Positions 37,355 to 48,279 of a DNA stretch of 64,000 nt are shown one piece after another. Below the pieces are notes generated by a model. That model ran no database searches. It was not told where the DNA came from and saw only the letters and a program-made list of their open reading frames with translations. Position 1 is the first letter of the stretch; each line of letters begins with the position of its first letter. Position numbers and translations under genes: made by a program. The stretch covers positions 62,001 through 126,000 of the forward strand of contig OZ237760.1 of the NCBI GenBank assembly GCA_965178125.1, written 5' to 3'. Source of the stretch: Bilabrum cf. latius. Lineage: Eukaryota.

Positions 37355-37798
37355 GATCAGTTTGCTACTGCTGACAAAGCGGCATGCAACAGTGGCTATA
37401 TTGACAAAAAGAAAGGCTATCGGTTCTGGGGCTCAAGAGGTGATCAGAACGACGGCAGTAGCGTGATGAATCCGCAAGATGCGTGCCTGCGCCAGCGATG
37501 CCTTCCGCGTGATCTTCTCACACACTTTGACATTGAGTGATAGCCTTGGTCAGCGCATTAATATCCCAAATTGTGCTAGTGCCGGTTTGAACAGTTGCCT
37601 GCGGGGAAGCCTCACGTTGTGTGCTTCCCAACCTGATGCTTCGGTCGCAAAGCCACACGGTGATGCATGTCGCAGGCCAACAAGTCCGAGGTCGCAGCTG
37701 TGCTGCCAAATGAATGCACAAGTTTGAACACGTACTCCCATTATTAATATATGTATCCTGCCATGCAATTGACGCACCAGCATCACCCGCATTCTTCA

Positions 37799-40700
37799 TC
37801 AGAACCCGCCCTCGCTCGGATACTTGGGCCCACCGAACCCGCCGCCGGCCCTGGACCCGCTCGTCCCGCCGGCACTGGCGCTGGCACTCCCGCTGGCCGA
37901 AGACCCGCGGAAATGCCTTCCGCTGAAGTGGCCAGGCCCCGCATCGGAGTCCCTGGGCAGCCCGCTGGCCCGCGTCGCCGCGCTACCGGTGCTGGCCCCG
38001 CTCGCGCCCAGCCCCCGGCCTCCAGCCCCGCTGCTGCTGCTACTAGCAGAGCCCCGCCCCCCCGAGGCCCCCATGAGCCCGAGGGCCACCCCAGGGGTCA
38101 TAGCCCCGGATCCATCCCCCCCGGCCTGGCTCCTTGCACCTGCACCCATCCCTTTCTGGGCCCCGTCCTGCACCCCCTCCCCCTCTCCCTCTCCATCCGC
38201 AGCACCTTCCGTCTCCCCGTGCCTGCGCCCCGCTCTCTGGATCAGCTGCGACAGAAGGTCCCGCGTGTACCTCAGTCTCCTCGCGATGTCGTCCCTGTCA
38301 GCGTACAGACTCTCCCCCAGGAGATGCGCCGACACGGCCCCGTCCTTGCCCACGTAGGTCATGGCCCCCGACTCGGAGGCGAGGACCACAGAGGTGCGAT
38401 CCGTGAAGAGCACCTGTACCACGTGGCTCGACAGCCGGAACAAGAGAGCGTGCTTGGTCCGCATCCACTTCTTCACGTACAGCAGCCAGCCCAGTGAGTC
38501 CCGCACCTCGCTGGTAGGGGGCACGCACAGCCCCTGTCCCTGCCCCTGTCCCGGCGATGCTGCTGCTGCCCCCTCCGACTCGCCCATCGCCGCCTGCCCT
38601 CCGCTGGCCGCCGAGGCCTGGGACCGGGCCATCGCCGCCCTGGCCGCCACCGAGGGCGCCGTCTTGCTCCTCTCGGCGTCCTCCCTCCTCCTCTGCTCGG
38701 CGAGGTAGGCCCTGAAGTGCCGCAGCAGGAGCACCTTCTTCCTCATCCACGCCGGGAAATCGCCCAGCGTGGCCTCGTGCCACTTGTACTGCCCGTGAGC
38801 CTGCGTCCCCTCGGCTCCCTCATCCCCTGCCTGCGTGCGCTCCACGTACTGAAACCTCCTGCCCGCATCACCCGGCAGATCCAGCTGGCCGTCCACCGCC
38901 TTTGCCTCTGCCTCCTTCGCCTCTGGGGTTGGGGGCGGCTCGAGCACGATCTTGGAGGCATCGTTGAAGTACACGCCCACAGTGCCGCTGGACAGTTGAA
39001 AGCCCAGGCCGTACTTGGTCGTGTAGTCCACGAAGCACGTGACGTACGTCCCGGGAGCCTGAGGCAGCACATGCGGCCCTGCCCCTGCCACTGCCCCTGC
39101 CCCTGCCGAGGACGACGCCCCGAGCACAGGGGGGGGCACGGACGCTGCGGCCCTCCCGTCCGCTGGGCCGCCCTCCCTGCCCGCCATGGCCAGGTGCCTG
39201 TGCGCCTTGACCACCGTGGGGGGCAGCCTCGGCGCGATGGCCTGGGCCAGCCTGAGGGCCTTGCCCGTCGGTGTGCCCGGCTGCATGCGGGCCTGGGCAG
39301 AGGCGCCAGAGGATGCGGCGCCGTACGAGTGCCCCGATGCGGAAGCAGAGGAGTGCCTCGACCGACCCTAGCCCTGTCCCTACCCCTGGACCCCACCGTG
39401 GGGAGCAGGGGGCGCCACCCCCCTCTTCTCCATCGAGAACCCCGTGCTCGCGGTCCCAGTCAGCGAGGAGCTCGGCCGGCCAGACCCGGTCCTGGACCTC
39501 GAAGCCGAGCCAGCCTCGCTGAACCTAGAAGAAAATGCGAGCCCCACAGCATCTGCTGCACCTGCACCTGCGCCCGCCCCCCGGACTGCCGAGCTGTACC
39601 TCGGTCTGCTCGATGGGGGCTCCTGGGCAGAGGCTGTGGACGCGGGGGATGCACCCAGCGCCTGGCGCCTGCTGCTGCCACTACCGCTGGTAGGTGCCTG
39701 CCCCCCGTTCCCGTTCCTGCTGCCACCTGCTGCTCCCCATGGCTAAGCAGGATCATTTCCGCCCTGTTCTTGGCTCCGGCGGTGCCTGTGCCCCCTGCCA
39801 TCGCCAGTCCCTGTGCCCTCCATCCGAGCGGCGCCCGAGCCCGAGCCAGACCCGGCAGCCTCCCACTCGCGGCTGCGCCGAGTGCCTGCCTCCACGCCTG
39901 CGCCCACCCGTCTTTGCCTGCCTAGTCTAGTGGAAGCTGGGTACTCATCGGCATCTCCGTCTCCGTCCCCATCCGCCATGGGGGGCTGCCGCAGCGCTCG
40001 GCCGCCTGGCGCAGAGGCAGAGGCAGCGGCAGATGAGGATGGCGCCGAAGATCTGCTCCTTGTCGCCAGCCGGCCCAGCGACCCCAGCCCGGTGGCCGCG
40101 GCTGTCCCAACCACCTGCTCCTCGGGATCAGTGGGGGCTCCAGACGACGCAGTGCCCATGTCTCGCCGGCTGTTCCTCCTCGAACCGGATGCAGTAGCAT
40201 AGTCCGCGCTCGAGGACGCGGCAGCAGCTGCCTGCGCCTTGGCCGCAGCAGCCGCGGCCTGTCTCGCCGCGTTGCCCACGAGCCTGAGGTCGCCCACCCT
40301 GCGGGCCCACATGGCCTCCACCACCGCCTTGCTGCGGACGTGCTGCCTGACCTCGCTGTCCAGAGGGGCCTCCCGCTGGTGGGCGGGGTGCATGGCCGGG
40401 GGCACCCGCGCCCCCGGGGCCGTGAAGAAAGGATGCATGCAGATCTCCCGCAGCGTGAGCCTCTCCCTCGGGTTGGACGCCAGCATGCCCGCCACGAGGT
40501 GCCTGGCATCCCTGGAGCCGAATCCCTCGGGCCACTCGTACTGGTTCTTCCGGATGCGGCTGTACGTGGACTTGACGTCCTTGGTCTGGAACGGGGGCTT
40601 GCCCGCGATCAGAGTGAATAGGATCACGCCGAGGGCCCACACATCCACCTCGAACGAGTGGCCGTCGGGGCTGTTGTCCAGCACCTCGGGCGCGATGTAG

Positions 40701-41816
40701 TTGGGTGTCCCGCACACCGTCCTCTTCCTCTCCCCCGAGTGCGCCAGCTGCGCCGCGAGACCGAAATCGCCGAGCTTCACGTGCATTCCGTGGTCAAGGA
40801 ACACGTTGCCCAGCTTCAGGTCCCTGTGGATGACGTTGTTGGCGTGCAGGTAGCGCACCCCCTCGACCATCTCCAGCATCAAGAGGCGGGCCTCGTCCTC
40901 CAGCAGGTGCTTGCGGCGGTGCATCAGGTCCATCAGGCTCTCATTAGTGCACAGCTCTAGCATTAGATAGACGTTCTCGTCGTCCTCGAAGAATGTGTCA
41001 AAGCCCACAACGCGAGGGTGTCTCAGCTGGCGGTGGATCTGAATCTCTGCCAGCAGCTGCAGTGGGATTGAATCGACAGCGCGTGCAGAAAGCAAGGCGG
41101 CTTGGATCATGGGGAAATATTCAGTAGCACAACGGTGGCCCGTATAGGCTTGACCTCGGTTGAGAGCCGAGTCAGTGCTGCTAAAAATGGGGTGCTTCCA
41201 ACGGGTGTCGCCCGGGACAAGAGCACCGAGTCTCATTCTATGACCACGGGCAAACCAGCATTGTTGGCAATGTAAGTTACTCTGAAATGAAGACTTGACT
41301 ACCTGGGGGCTGTCTCACCTTTTCTTTGTGGCGTTTCTTGACTAAACTGGACTTTGCTACAACCTTCCCTGCCACCACCTTGTCCTTGTCGAGTCGGCTG
41401 AACCTGTAGCAAAACGCAAATCCCCCCTGCGATTGGGAGCCAGCATATGTATATTTACCCTCTAATTTAAGAGCATTGCTGAAACTAAGTCTAACCTTTT
41501 GTCAGATTGACGAGCGTGGCGTTGCGCGCGGTCTCACCTTGCCCAACATTTTCTCCTTTCTGTACCTCCTCGTGATAACCTACCCATCCGGATGGGTTCT
41601 AGTGTCTATAAGTTCGGATGGAACTTTAGGTTCTTGGCGTTTCTTGCGCTGTGTGGTCTGTTGCTACCTCTGTGGCTGCGGCCTCCTATCCCTGTCTGCT
41701 CGTTTCACTGCCCTGTCATCGGCCCGGCGTGCTGGGGCTGCTGAGGTCCCTGCAAGCATATCCCCATGTCTAATAGCACGTCGACCATGTCCTGCGTCGG
41801 GTGCAACGTTTTCCAT
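37799..41816 (-). CDS. PLK: Polo-like kinase (1,214 aa); exons 41538..41816, 41319..41426, 37799..41056
   Basis: LGK|GGFA, AGKVVAK, EIQIHR.L.H, HRDLKLGN, DFGLA, RKRTVCGTPNYIAPE, GHSFEVDVW. Two polo boxes (VDYTTKYGLGFQL..GVYFND; VKKWMRTKHALLFRLS). TAGs at 41664, 41580, 39743, 39380, 39368. Ends TGA. Confidence 0.92.
41057..41318 (-). other. Spliceosomal intron 2 of PLK (262 nt)
   Basis: AAG|GTGAGA ... cactgcag|CTG. Splicing restores KEK-LLAEIQIH. Confidence 0.85.
41427..41537 (-). other. Spliceosomal intron 1 of PLK (111 nt)
   Basis: AAG|GTGAGA ... atcgcag|GGG. Splicing restores the Gly-rich loop LGK-GGFA. Confidence 0.88.
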
Positions 41817-42010
41817 GCTGTTGTTTGGGCTCGCCGAAAGGTAGTTGCAGCAACAACGGTAGGCAAGCAAAAAATGAAACTCTGCTCGACGCCGCGCAAG
41901 TCTCTCTGCGGAACCACAATAGTGCCGGCCAGGAATCCAGGATCCTAACGACGCACCTGGGCCTCGTACTTGAGGACCCGTGAGGCTTAAGTGTTGACTA
42001 CAGCGTCATC

Positions 42011-44041
42011 ATGTTAGTTCTGACCACGGTCCTAGCATCGCTAGCGCTGCGAGTGGCGGTCGCGCAGCAGATGTCGGCTTGCGACCCGCTCGACCCTGCA
42101 GCGTGCTATCTTCCATTCCCAAATAACTTTTGGCTGCGCAAGAATTCAGACGGTGTGCGTGTCACTGCATTTGCCAACACCACATTTCCTGCTGACAATG
42201 AGGGGAACAAGATCGATGTTGACGAAGAGGACGGGTGGAACGGCCTGCACGGCTTCGCCCCAATGGCTCCTTTCATCACGTACTTTCCCAACGCTTCGAT
42301 TGAGAATTGCGCCAGGCTTTGGGACATGGGGCCATCGCTGGACGATAGCTCTCCCACAGTGCTGCTGGACATGACCACCGGAAAACGCGTGAGGCATTGG
42401 GTTGAACTCGACCACAGCTCGGACGAGTGGTTCGGCGGCGAGTCGGAGCGCATGTTCATGGTGTGGCCCGCCACGTCCATGATCAACGGACACGACTATG
42501 CCATGGCAATCCGCAACGTCCACGACACGAGCGGGAAGCCCGTGCAGTCCTCCAATGCCTTTCTGGCCCTGCGGGACGGGACCAAGACGAGCAACCCCGA
42601 CATCGAGGAGCGCAGGGCAGAGTTCGAGGCCATGTTCCAGGCCCTCTCCGCCGCGGGAGTGCAGCGGGACGACCTGCAGATCGCGTGGCCCATGCGCGTG
42701 GGCACTCAGGAGGACTTCACCGCCTCCATGGTCAGCATGCGTGACCAGGGGCTCAAGGCAGTGGACGCGGGCAGCGTGGGCTTCGCCATCGACTCGGTGC
42801 AGGAGCGGCCCAGGGAGGGCACGAGGAGGGAGGTGCACGGCCACATGACGAACGTTCCTTGGTACCTGAACTTGGATGACGCTGACCTCAAGGCCAGGCT
42901 GGTGCGGGACCCCAGCTCGGGGATGCCCGTGAGTACCAGGACCAGGAACGTCACATTCACCGTGGTGGTGCCGGACTCGCTGGCCACGGGCGGAGCCGGC
43001 GGGAGTCCCGTCCCCGGGCGGGTGGTGCAGATCGGACACGGCCTCTTCGGCTCTCAGAGCGAGGTGACGCAGCAGTACCTGAGCGATGAGGCGAACGAGT
43101 ACGGCTACGTGATGGGCGGCGTGAACTGGCTGGGTCTGTGCGATGAAGACATCGTGGCGGATGCTCTCATGGTCGGCACCGACCTCAGCGATTTCCCAAT
43201 GATCCCCGACCGGCTGCACCAGGGTATGCTCAACGCGCTGCTGCTCATGCGGGTCATGACCTCGGACGCGTTCGTCAGCAGTGACGTCATGACGGACTTC
43301 TCCACGCAGACCCCCGGGCAGCTCACCGGAGCACGCAACCCCTCCGCCGCCGCCGCCAGCGTGATCGATCCGAGCAAGCGCAACTACTACGGTTCCTCCC
43401 TGGGTGGGATCATGGGCAGCGTGTACATGACTCTCTCCACGGACGTGTCCCACGGGACGCTGGGCGTCCCCGGGGGCCCCTTCTCCCTGCTGCTTCCCCG
43501 GTCCAGCGACTTTGCCGCCCTGTTCGACGTGATCCGGCTGCGATACGACTCGTCCCTGGACCGCATCGCGCTCATGTCGGGCCTGCAGCAGCGCTGGGCG
43601 CAGCTGGAGCCCTCCGGGTACGCGCAGTTCCTCTCGCCCAGCCAGCAGCTGCCGGGCGTGGACGGGCCCAGGCGAGTGCTGCTGCACTACGGGATCGGCG
43701 ATGCTCAGGTCTCGTGGGTGGCGGCGCACGCGCTCGGGCGGTCGGCAGAAGCGAGCATGTACAAGAGCAACCTGCCTGTGCGCAACCAGACCATTGATCC
43801 CGGACTCGGCTTCCCGCTGGTGGACGACTCTGACGTGCTGTCCTCGGGCAGCCTGATTCAGAGCTACGGCTTCGGCGTGCCGGACCAGAACATCCCCCTG
43901 GTCAACCTCCCGTGCGCTGGCAGCACGGACGTGCACCCCAAGGTGAGGCGCACCAAGCACGCGATGGAGCAGATGCACCAGTTCTTTGTGAACGGCACCA
44001 TCTACAACTCGTGCGGGGGTCCGTGCAACGAGTCTGGGTGA
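42011..44041 (+). CDS. Secreted alpha/beta-hydrolase-like protein (676 aa)
   Basis: Signal peptide MLVLTTVLASLALRVAVA; CDPLDPAACYLPFPNN; oxyanion-like GHGLFGS; nucleophile motif YYGSSLGG; candidate Asp (GDAQV) and His (DVHPK). No internal TAG. Ends TGA. Confidence 0.7.
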   Translation: MLVLTTVLASLALRVAVAQQMSACDPLDPAACYLPFPNNFWLRKNSDGVRVTAFANTTFPADNEGNKIDVDEEDGWNGLHGFAPMAPFITYFPNASIENCARLWDMGPSLDDSSPTVLLDMTTGKRVRHWVELDHSSDEWFGGESERMFMVWPATSMINGHDYAMAIRNVHDTSGKPVQSSNAFLALRDGTKTSNPDIEERRAEFEAMFQALSAAGVQRDDLQIAWPMRVGTQEDFTASMVSMRDQGLKAVDAGSVGFAIDSVQERPREGTRREVHGHMTNVPWYLNLDDADLKARLVRDPSSGMPVSTRTRNVTFTVVVPDSLATGGAGGSPVPGRVVQIGHGLFGSQSEVTQQYLSDEANEYGYVMGGVNWLGLCDEDIVADALMVGTDLSDFPMIPDRLHQGMLNALLLMRVMTSDAFVSSDVMTDFSTQTPGQLTGARNPSAAAASVIDPSKRNYYGSSLGGIMGSVYMTLSTDVSHGTLGVPGGPFSLLLPRSSDFAALFDVIRLRYDSSLDRIALMSGLQQRWAQLEPSGYAQFLSPSQQLPGVDGPRRVLLHYGIGDAQVSWVAAHALGRSAEASMYKSNLPVRNQTIDPGLGFPLVDDSDVLSSGSLIQSYGFGVPDQNIPLVNLPCAGSTDVHPKVRRTKHAMEQMHQFFVNGTIYNSCGGPCNESG

Positions 44042-44303
44042 ACAAGCGTGCGTTATTGGGGGGGGAAAGCGTCGAGTCGATCGACTCGCTCCACCTGATA
44101 AGTGGCGAGGCACCCCGGCCAGAGGCATCAATGCATTCTTGCCGGGCTTGTAGCGGCTCGATTGCCAACACAACCTTGCTAGCCTAGTGTGCTTAAATGT
44201 GCGTTTGTCATGCTTTGAGCTGGTTAAGCACCAACACTCTATTACTTGTGTCGGAAAATCTGCAGTCTCTATGCATCTTGTGCCAAGCCCCAAGCAGCAG
44301 CCC

Positions 44304-46217
44304 TCACAAGTACGACTGCACCACCCTAAAACTCGGCGTGATCCAGGCTCCCCTCCCGAGCCAATCCTTTCCCCCGGTCACTGCATCCCACACAGTCTCC
44401 CTCCAGCTCATCACTGCACCACGGCCCGAAGGATGTGCCCGTGCCTCCCGCACTGCGCTGGCCTGGAAGAGCCGGTCCCGGTCATGAAGCAGCCGCCACC
44501 CGAGCGGCGCAACCTGTCCTCCGTCGCTCTCGTCCTATGCCGCCCCCGTCCACTTCTCCCGGCCAGAAGGCACGGCGCACTCCACCAGCGCTGACAGCTC
44601 CATGTCCCTAAACTCTGACCTCTGTCCGAGGTTCGAGCTGCCCACCAGCGCGGACAGGTACAGCCCGCCTCGCGCCCCCTTCAAAGAGGAGGGTGAGGAC
44701 GATACAGCCGACGAGTACCCGTTGCTCTTACCGATCTCTACCCGCGCTGCACTCGAGTCCCTGTCTTTCCCGTTAGACTCCCTCCCCACTGGCGAAAACT
44801 CGATCCAAAGACCCTTGGCATGGAACTCCTGTCCCTGCCCGCCCTCGTCTGCGCTGGTTTTAGGGGCTGTCTCGCTGCCAGTCTCGCGCCCCCACTCCCA
44901 CAGGTGCACTCCCGGCGCATCCCGCAGCACCTCACCCCCCTCCACCAGCACGCCAGCCTCCATGGCCAGCCGGCGGAACTACTCAAGGGCCACGGCATAG
45001 GCAGTCGGCACTGCCGCCTTAATGCCACCCGCGCCCGCGAAGCCGCTCGTCTCGGGGGCGGGCACGAGGATGTGCACAGCAGCGCCACGCCGGGCCGCTT
45101 CCAGCAGCGCAGTGCCCTGCATCCGAGACGGGTTGAAGTACCCGGACGCGAGGCTGATCCGATCTCCAGCCCCCGCCTTGGACACCACTTCGCTCCACAC
45201 CGCGCTCTCCTGCAGCAGAGCCAGAGGCGCGCACTGCGCCAGTAGGGCGACCCGCGCCACGTCAGCCACGTCAGCCGAATCGCCAGCAAGGCCCGCCCCG
45301 GCCGATTCCATGTCACCCGACAGACCCTCGTTCTGCATGGCCTCCCTGAGTCCCAAGGCATCCACGGGGGTGGCCCCGGGCACCGCCCACTTCCCCCCCC
45401 CCGCCTCCAGCTGCCCCTGCAGGTCGCCCGCACTGCGCTCGCCCGCCGCTGCTCCGAGTGCTCGCACCCACGCATGAGCAGCGGCTGCCAGCCCCGCGTG
45501 CCTCAGCATGACCCAGCGGTCGACTCGTTTCCTAAAGTACACGTCGCTCAAGTTCGCCCCGCTGAGCAGCATGGCATCGTCGGCGGCGTAGACCTTGCTG
45601 TGCTGCACGCCCCCGCTCTCGAGCAGCTGCGCAGGGGGGAGCGAGCCGGGCCGCCGAAGCAAACTGCCGAGCAGTGACAGCCACTGCCATCCATGATGAG
45701 GCAAACAGAACCTGCCAAGGGATAGACGCTGCATTCCTTGCCTCGTGGACTTGGAACATTCGCTTCCAGTAGCGCTCATCCGGACTAGCATCTGCTCTGC
45801 GGATTCTGGCAAGCCCCGTCTGCATCTTGCACCATCGACTATCAATCTTGTAGAATTCGCGTCCAATCGATACGCGGCTATGACTATACTGTCCGCCACG
45901 GTTTGCTCCAATTCCTCGCTTCCGAGATACAAGGTCGAGATTGACAGCCGTTCCTTGGCTCCATTTGCCAATTTTATAATTTCCTGATAGAACTACGCAG
46001 GAGAATCCAAGAATTCGAACGATGCCTCAGGAACCTAGCTAGCAACAAACATGCATTTCTCTCTTGGAATCGGGTACGGGTGGCGCACCGCATCTGAAGA
46101 TGCAGCCACGTACTAGCGCACGCTTGATGCTCTTATCGGCCTTCCCTGGCCCCATCGCGACGAAACTGTCAGCCAAGCAGCACCCGCTGCGCTTGCTACG
46201 CAGCGGGCAGCACGCAT
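44304..46217 (-). CDS. PGS1: Mitochondrial phosphatidylglycerophosphate synthase (PLD family), 637 aa
   Basis: SPA*FY..AKERLSISTLYLG; HSKVYAADD..LSGANLSD.YF..R.DR; SGYFN; FHAKGLW; VGSSNLGQRS..RD.E. Presequence-like N-terminus. TAGs at 46113, 46035, 45993, 44979, 44535. Ends ..VQSYL TGA. Confidence 0.88.
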
Positions 46218-46346
46218 GCGTTTCCATCAATTGTACCGAAGCTTGCTGCAAATGGAGTGGCGCCGCCGCGTGTGACGATGTGGCAGTCTGATGACCGATC
46301 CGCAGCCAGCTTGCAGCTTGCTACGGTGGCATATTAGCGCCGTGCC

Positions 46347-47471
46347 ATGGCAGCGATCTCGGGAGAAGTGAAAGCATCTTCAAAGAGTGCAGGCTGGGCA
46401 GCGGATGGAAAGAACGGACTCGAACGGTTGGTGATAAAGGATTCAAAGAGCGGATCTTGCGTAGAGATCTACCGTGTTGGTGCTACGATCACATCGTGTC
46501 GGCTAGGGGGAAAAGAAGAAATGCTTTTTGTAAGCAAAGAGGCAGTGTATGACGGACATAAGGCAATCAGGGGAGGAATTCCGGTAGTCTTCCCGCAATT
46601 CGGGCCAGGCGCTCTACCCAACCACGGCTTCGCTCGCACGTCCAAGTGGGAATTGCGATCAGCATCAGACGATGGGCTGGCCGAGTTTGAGTTGAATCCC
46701 ACCGAGGAATCGCTGAAGATGTGGCCTCACCAGTTTCGACTAGTGTACAGGGTCGCGGTGGATGCCACGTCTCTCCGCACCACCCTGCGCGTCGAAAACA
46801 CCAGCAAGAGCGCTTTCCCCTTCTACGCCCTCCTTCACACGTACCATCAAGTACCTCGGGAGCACTTCAAGAAGCTCCGCGTGCAGGGCCTCTTGGGCTC
46901 ATACTCGGACAAGACGCGCGACATGGCCACACTGGAGCACCCCGCCGGGAGTGGGGGCGAGGCTGCCAGCGGGGGAAAGGGCGAGGGGTTCGGAGCCGAT
47001 TTGGTGCTAGAAGAGGAGACGGACTGTGTGTACGGGCAGTTCTGGAGCAAGGCTCGGAAGGCCATGGGAGGGCAGGAGACGCGAGGGGAGGGGGAGGGGG
47101 AAGGGGGTGCCACTCCCTCGCTGGTTGTGGCTCCCGTGGGGCGAGAGGGCGACAGCCTGAGGCAGGCGCGGGTGAGCGCGGTGGGAAGGGTGCTTCCACC
47201 CGCAGGGGCAGCGACGGGAAGTGCCACTGCCACTGCCAGTGCCAGTGGGGGCGATTCGAAGATGGGGGCTGCTGCTGCTGCTGTGGACGAGGGGCTGGAT
47301 GTGGTGGTGTGGAACCCTTGGATCGAGAAGGGGAAGCGCATGGACGATTTCGGGGACGATGAATATCAGGAGATGGTCTGCGTGGAGCCTGGGAGGGTGA
47401 GCGAGCCGTTCGAGCTGGAGGCAGGGGCCTCGTACGAGCTGGAGCAGGTGATCGAGTGGAGCGAGCTGTGA
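46347..47471 (+). CDS. Glucose-6-phosphate 1-epimerase (D-hexose-6-phosphate mutarotase), 374 aa
   Basis: GATITS, KAIRGGIPVVFPQFG, HGFAR, LHTY, DVVVWNPW, MVCVEPG. Ends TGA. Confidence 0.92.
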   Translation: MAAISGEVKASSKSAGWAADGKNGLERLVIKDSKSGSCVEIYRVGATITSCRLGGKEEMLFVSKEAVYDGHKAIRGGIPVVFPQFGPGALPNHGFARTSKWELRSASDDGLAEFELNPTEESLKMWPHQFRLVYRVAVDATSLRTTLRVENTSKSAFPFYALLHTYHQVPREHFKKLRVQGLLGSYSDKTRDMATLEHPAGSGGEAASGGKGEGFGADLVLEEETDCVYGQFWSKARKAMGGQETRGEGEGEGGATPSLVVAPVGREGDSLRQARVSAVGRVLPPAGAATGSATATASASGGDSKMGAAAAAVDEGLDVVVWNPWIEKGKRMDDFGDDEYQEMVCVEPGRVSEPFELEAGASYELEQVIEWSEL

Positions 47472-47692
47472 GCATGGTTCCTCGCCGCAGATTGCCCCAG
47501 GGGCCATGCAACCGGGCGTACCGCAGGTTGTCACCGCCTTCGCCTGCTCGGCAGTCTTTCCGATCATCGTGCGAGCACGTCCTCTCCGACACGAACTTCA
47601 TTGTGCGAGCACGCAGCTCGATCAGCGCGAAATATGACCTGCTCGCAGCCAGCAGGATGCGTGATGCAACAAGTGAGCGTCTTCTACTTTGG

Positions 47693-48162
47693 TCATCTCT
47701 ATTTCCTGGAAACCAGTCTTGTCCCAAGAGCAACCACCGCCGCGAGACAAGTGCCCATGGCTCCGCTGGCCCTTTGAGCGCCCGATTTCGGCTGGCAGCT
47801 CTCACCAGGACATCGCTGCTAGCACTAGCCTAGCCAGCCAACCGGAAAATCCCTACAGTCTCTGTAGCACACATACGACTGGGTCCAGCAGTTGCAGGAA
47901 GCTGCCTCGTCGAATCGCGACAAGCTGGCCTCGTTGCACGCCTAAAAATCCTCTCTGCACTGCTCCACGTACTCTTCAGAGCACTCGAACTATCCATACT
48001 TATTTGCTAAAGCTGCAACGCGTAGAAAGCTACAAGTGATGCCGATATTCGAGGTGTTGAATAGCCGTTTGACTCCGTGACAGCAGAGCTGTTGGTCGTG
48101 CCGCTGGTCTCACACTGAGAAATAATGCAGCAGACTACCACTAAAATGATGTGTATATTCAT
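47693..48162 (-). CDS. Small secreted Cys-rich protein with hydrophobic C-tail (122 aa); exons 48114..48162 and 47693..48012
   Basis: Signal MNIHIILVVVCCIISQS. Intron T|GTGAGA..ttgcag|CT (48013..48113). Exon 2 reads LANKYG*FECSEEYVEQCREDF*ACNEA..SCNCW..VCYRDC..G*C*QRCPGESC..CLAAVVALG with 5 TAGs and ends TGA. Confidence 0.65.
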
Positions 48163-48279
48163 CTTGGAGCTGCCCGACTTCAAAGCCGAGTAGAGGTTGC
48201 GCAACATTGGAAAAGAGGCGAGCGCTATCGAAGGTTCCTTCATCTAATGTCGAAACAGGCGGCCACTCCGGCCCGTGGG

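Noticed and set aside
46867-48243. Long unspliced minus-strand ORF if TAG is read through
   Set aside because: Overlaps the epimerase antisense and gives no coherent protein. The spliced Cys-rich model explains the region better.
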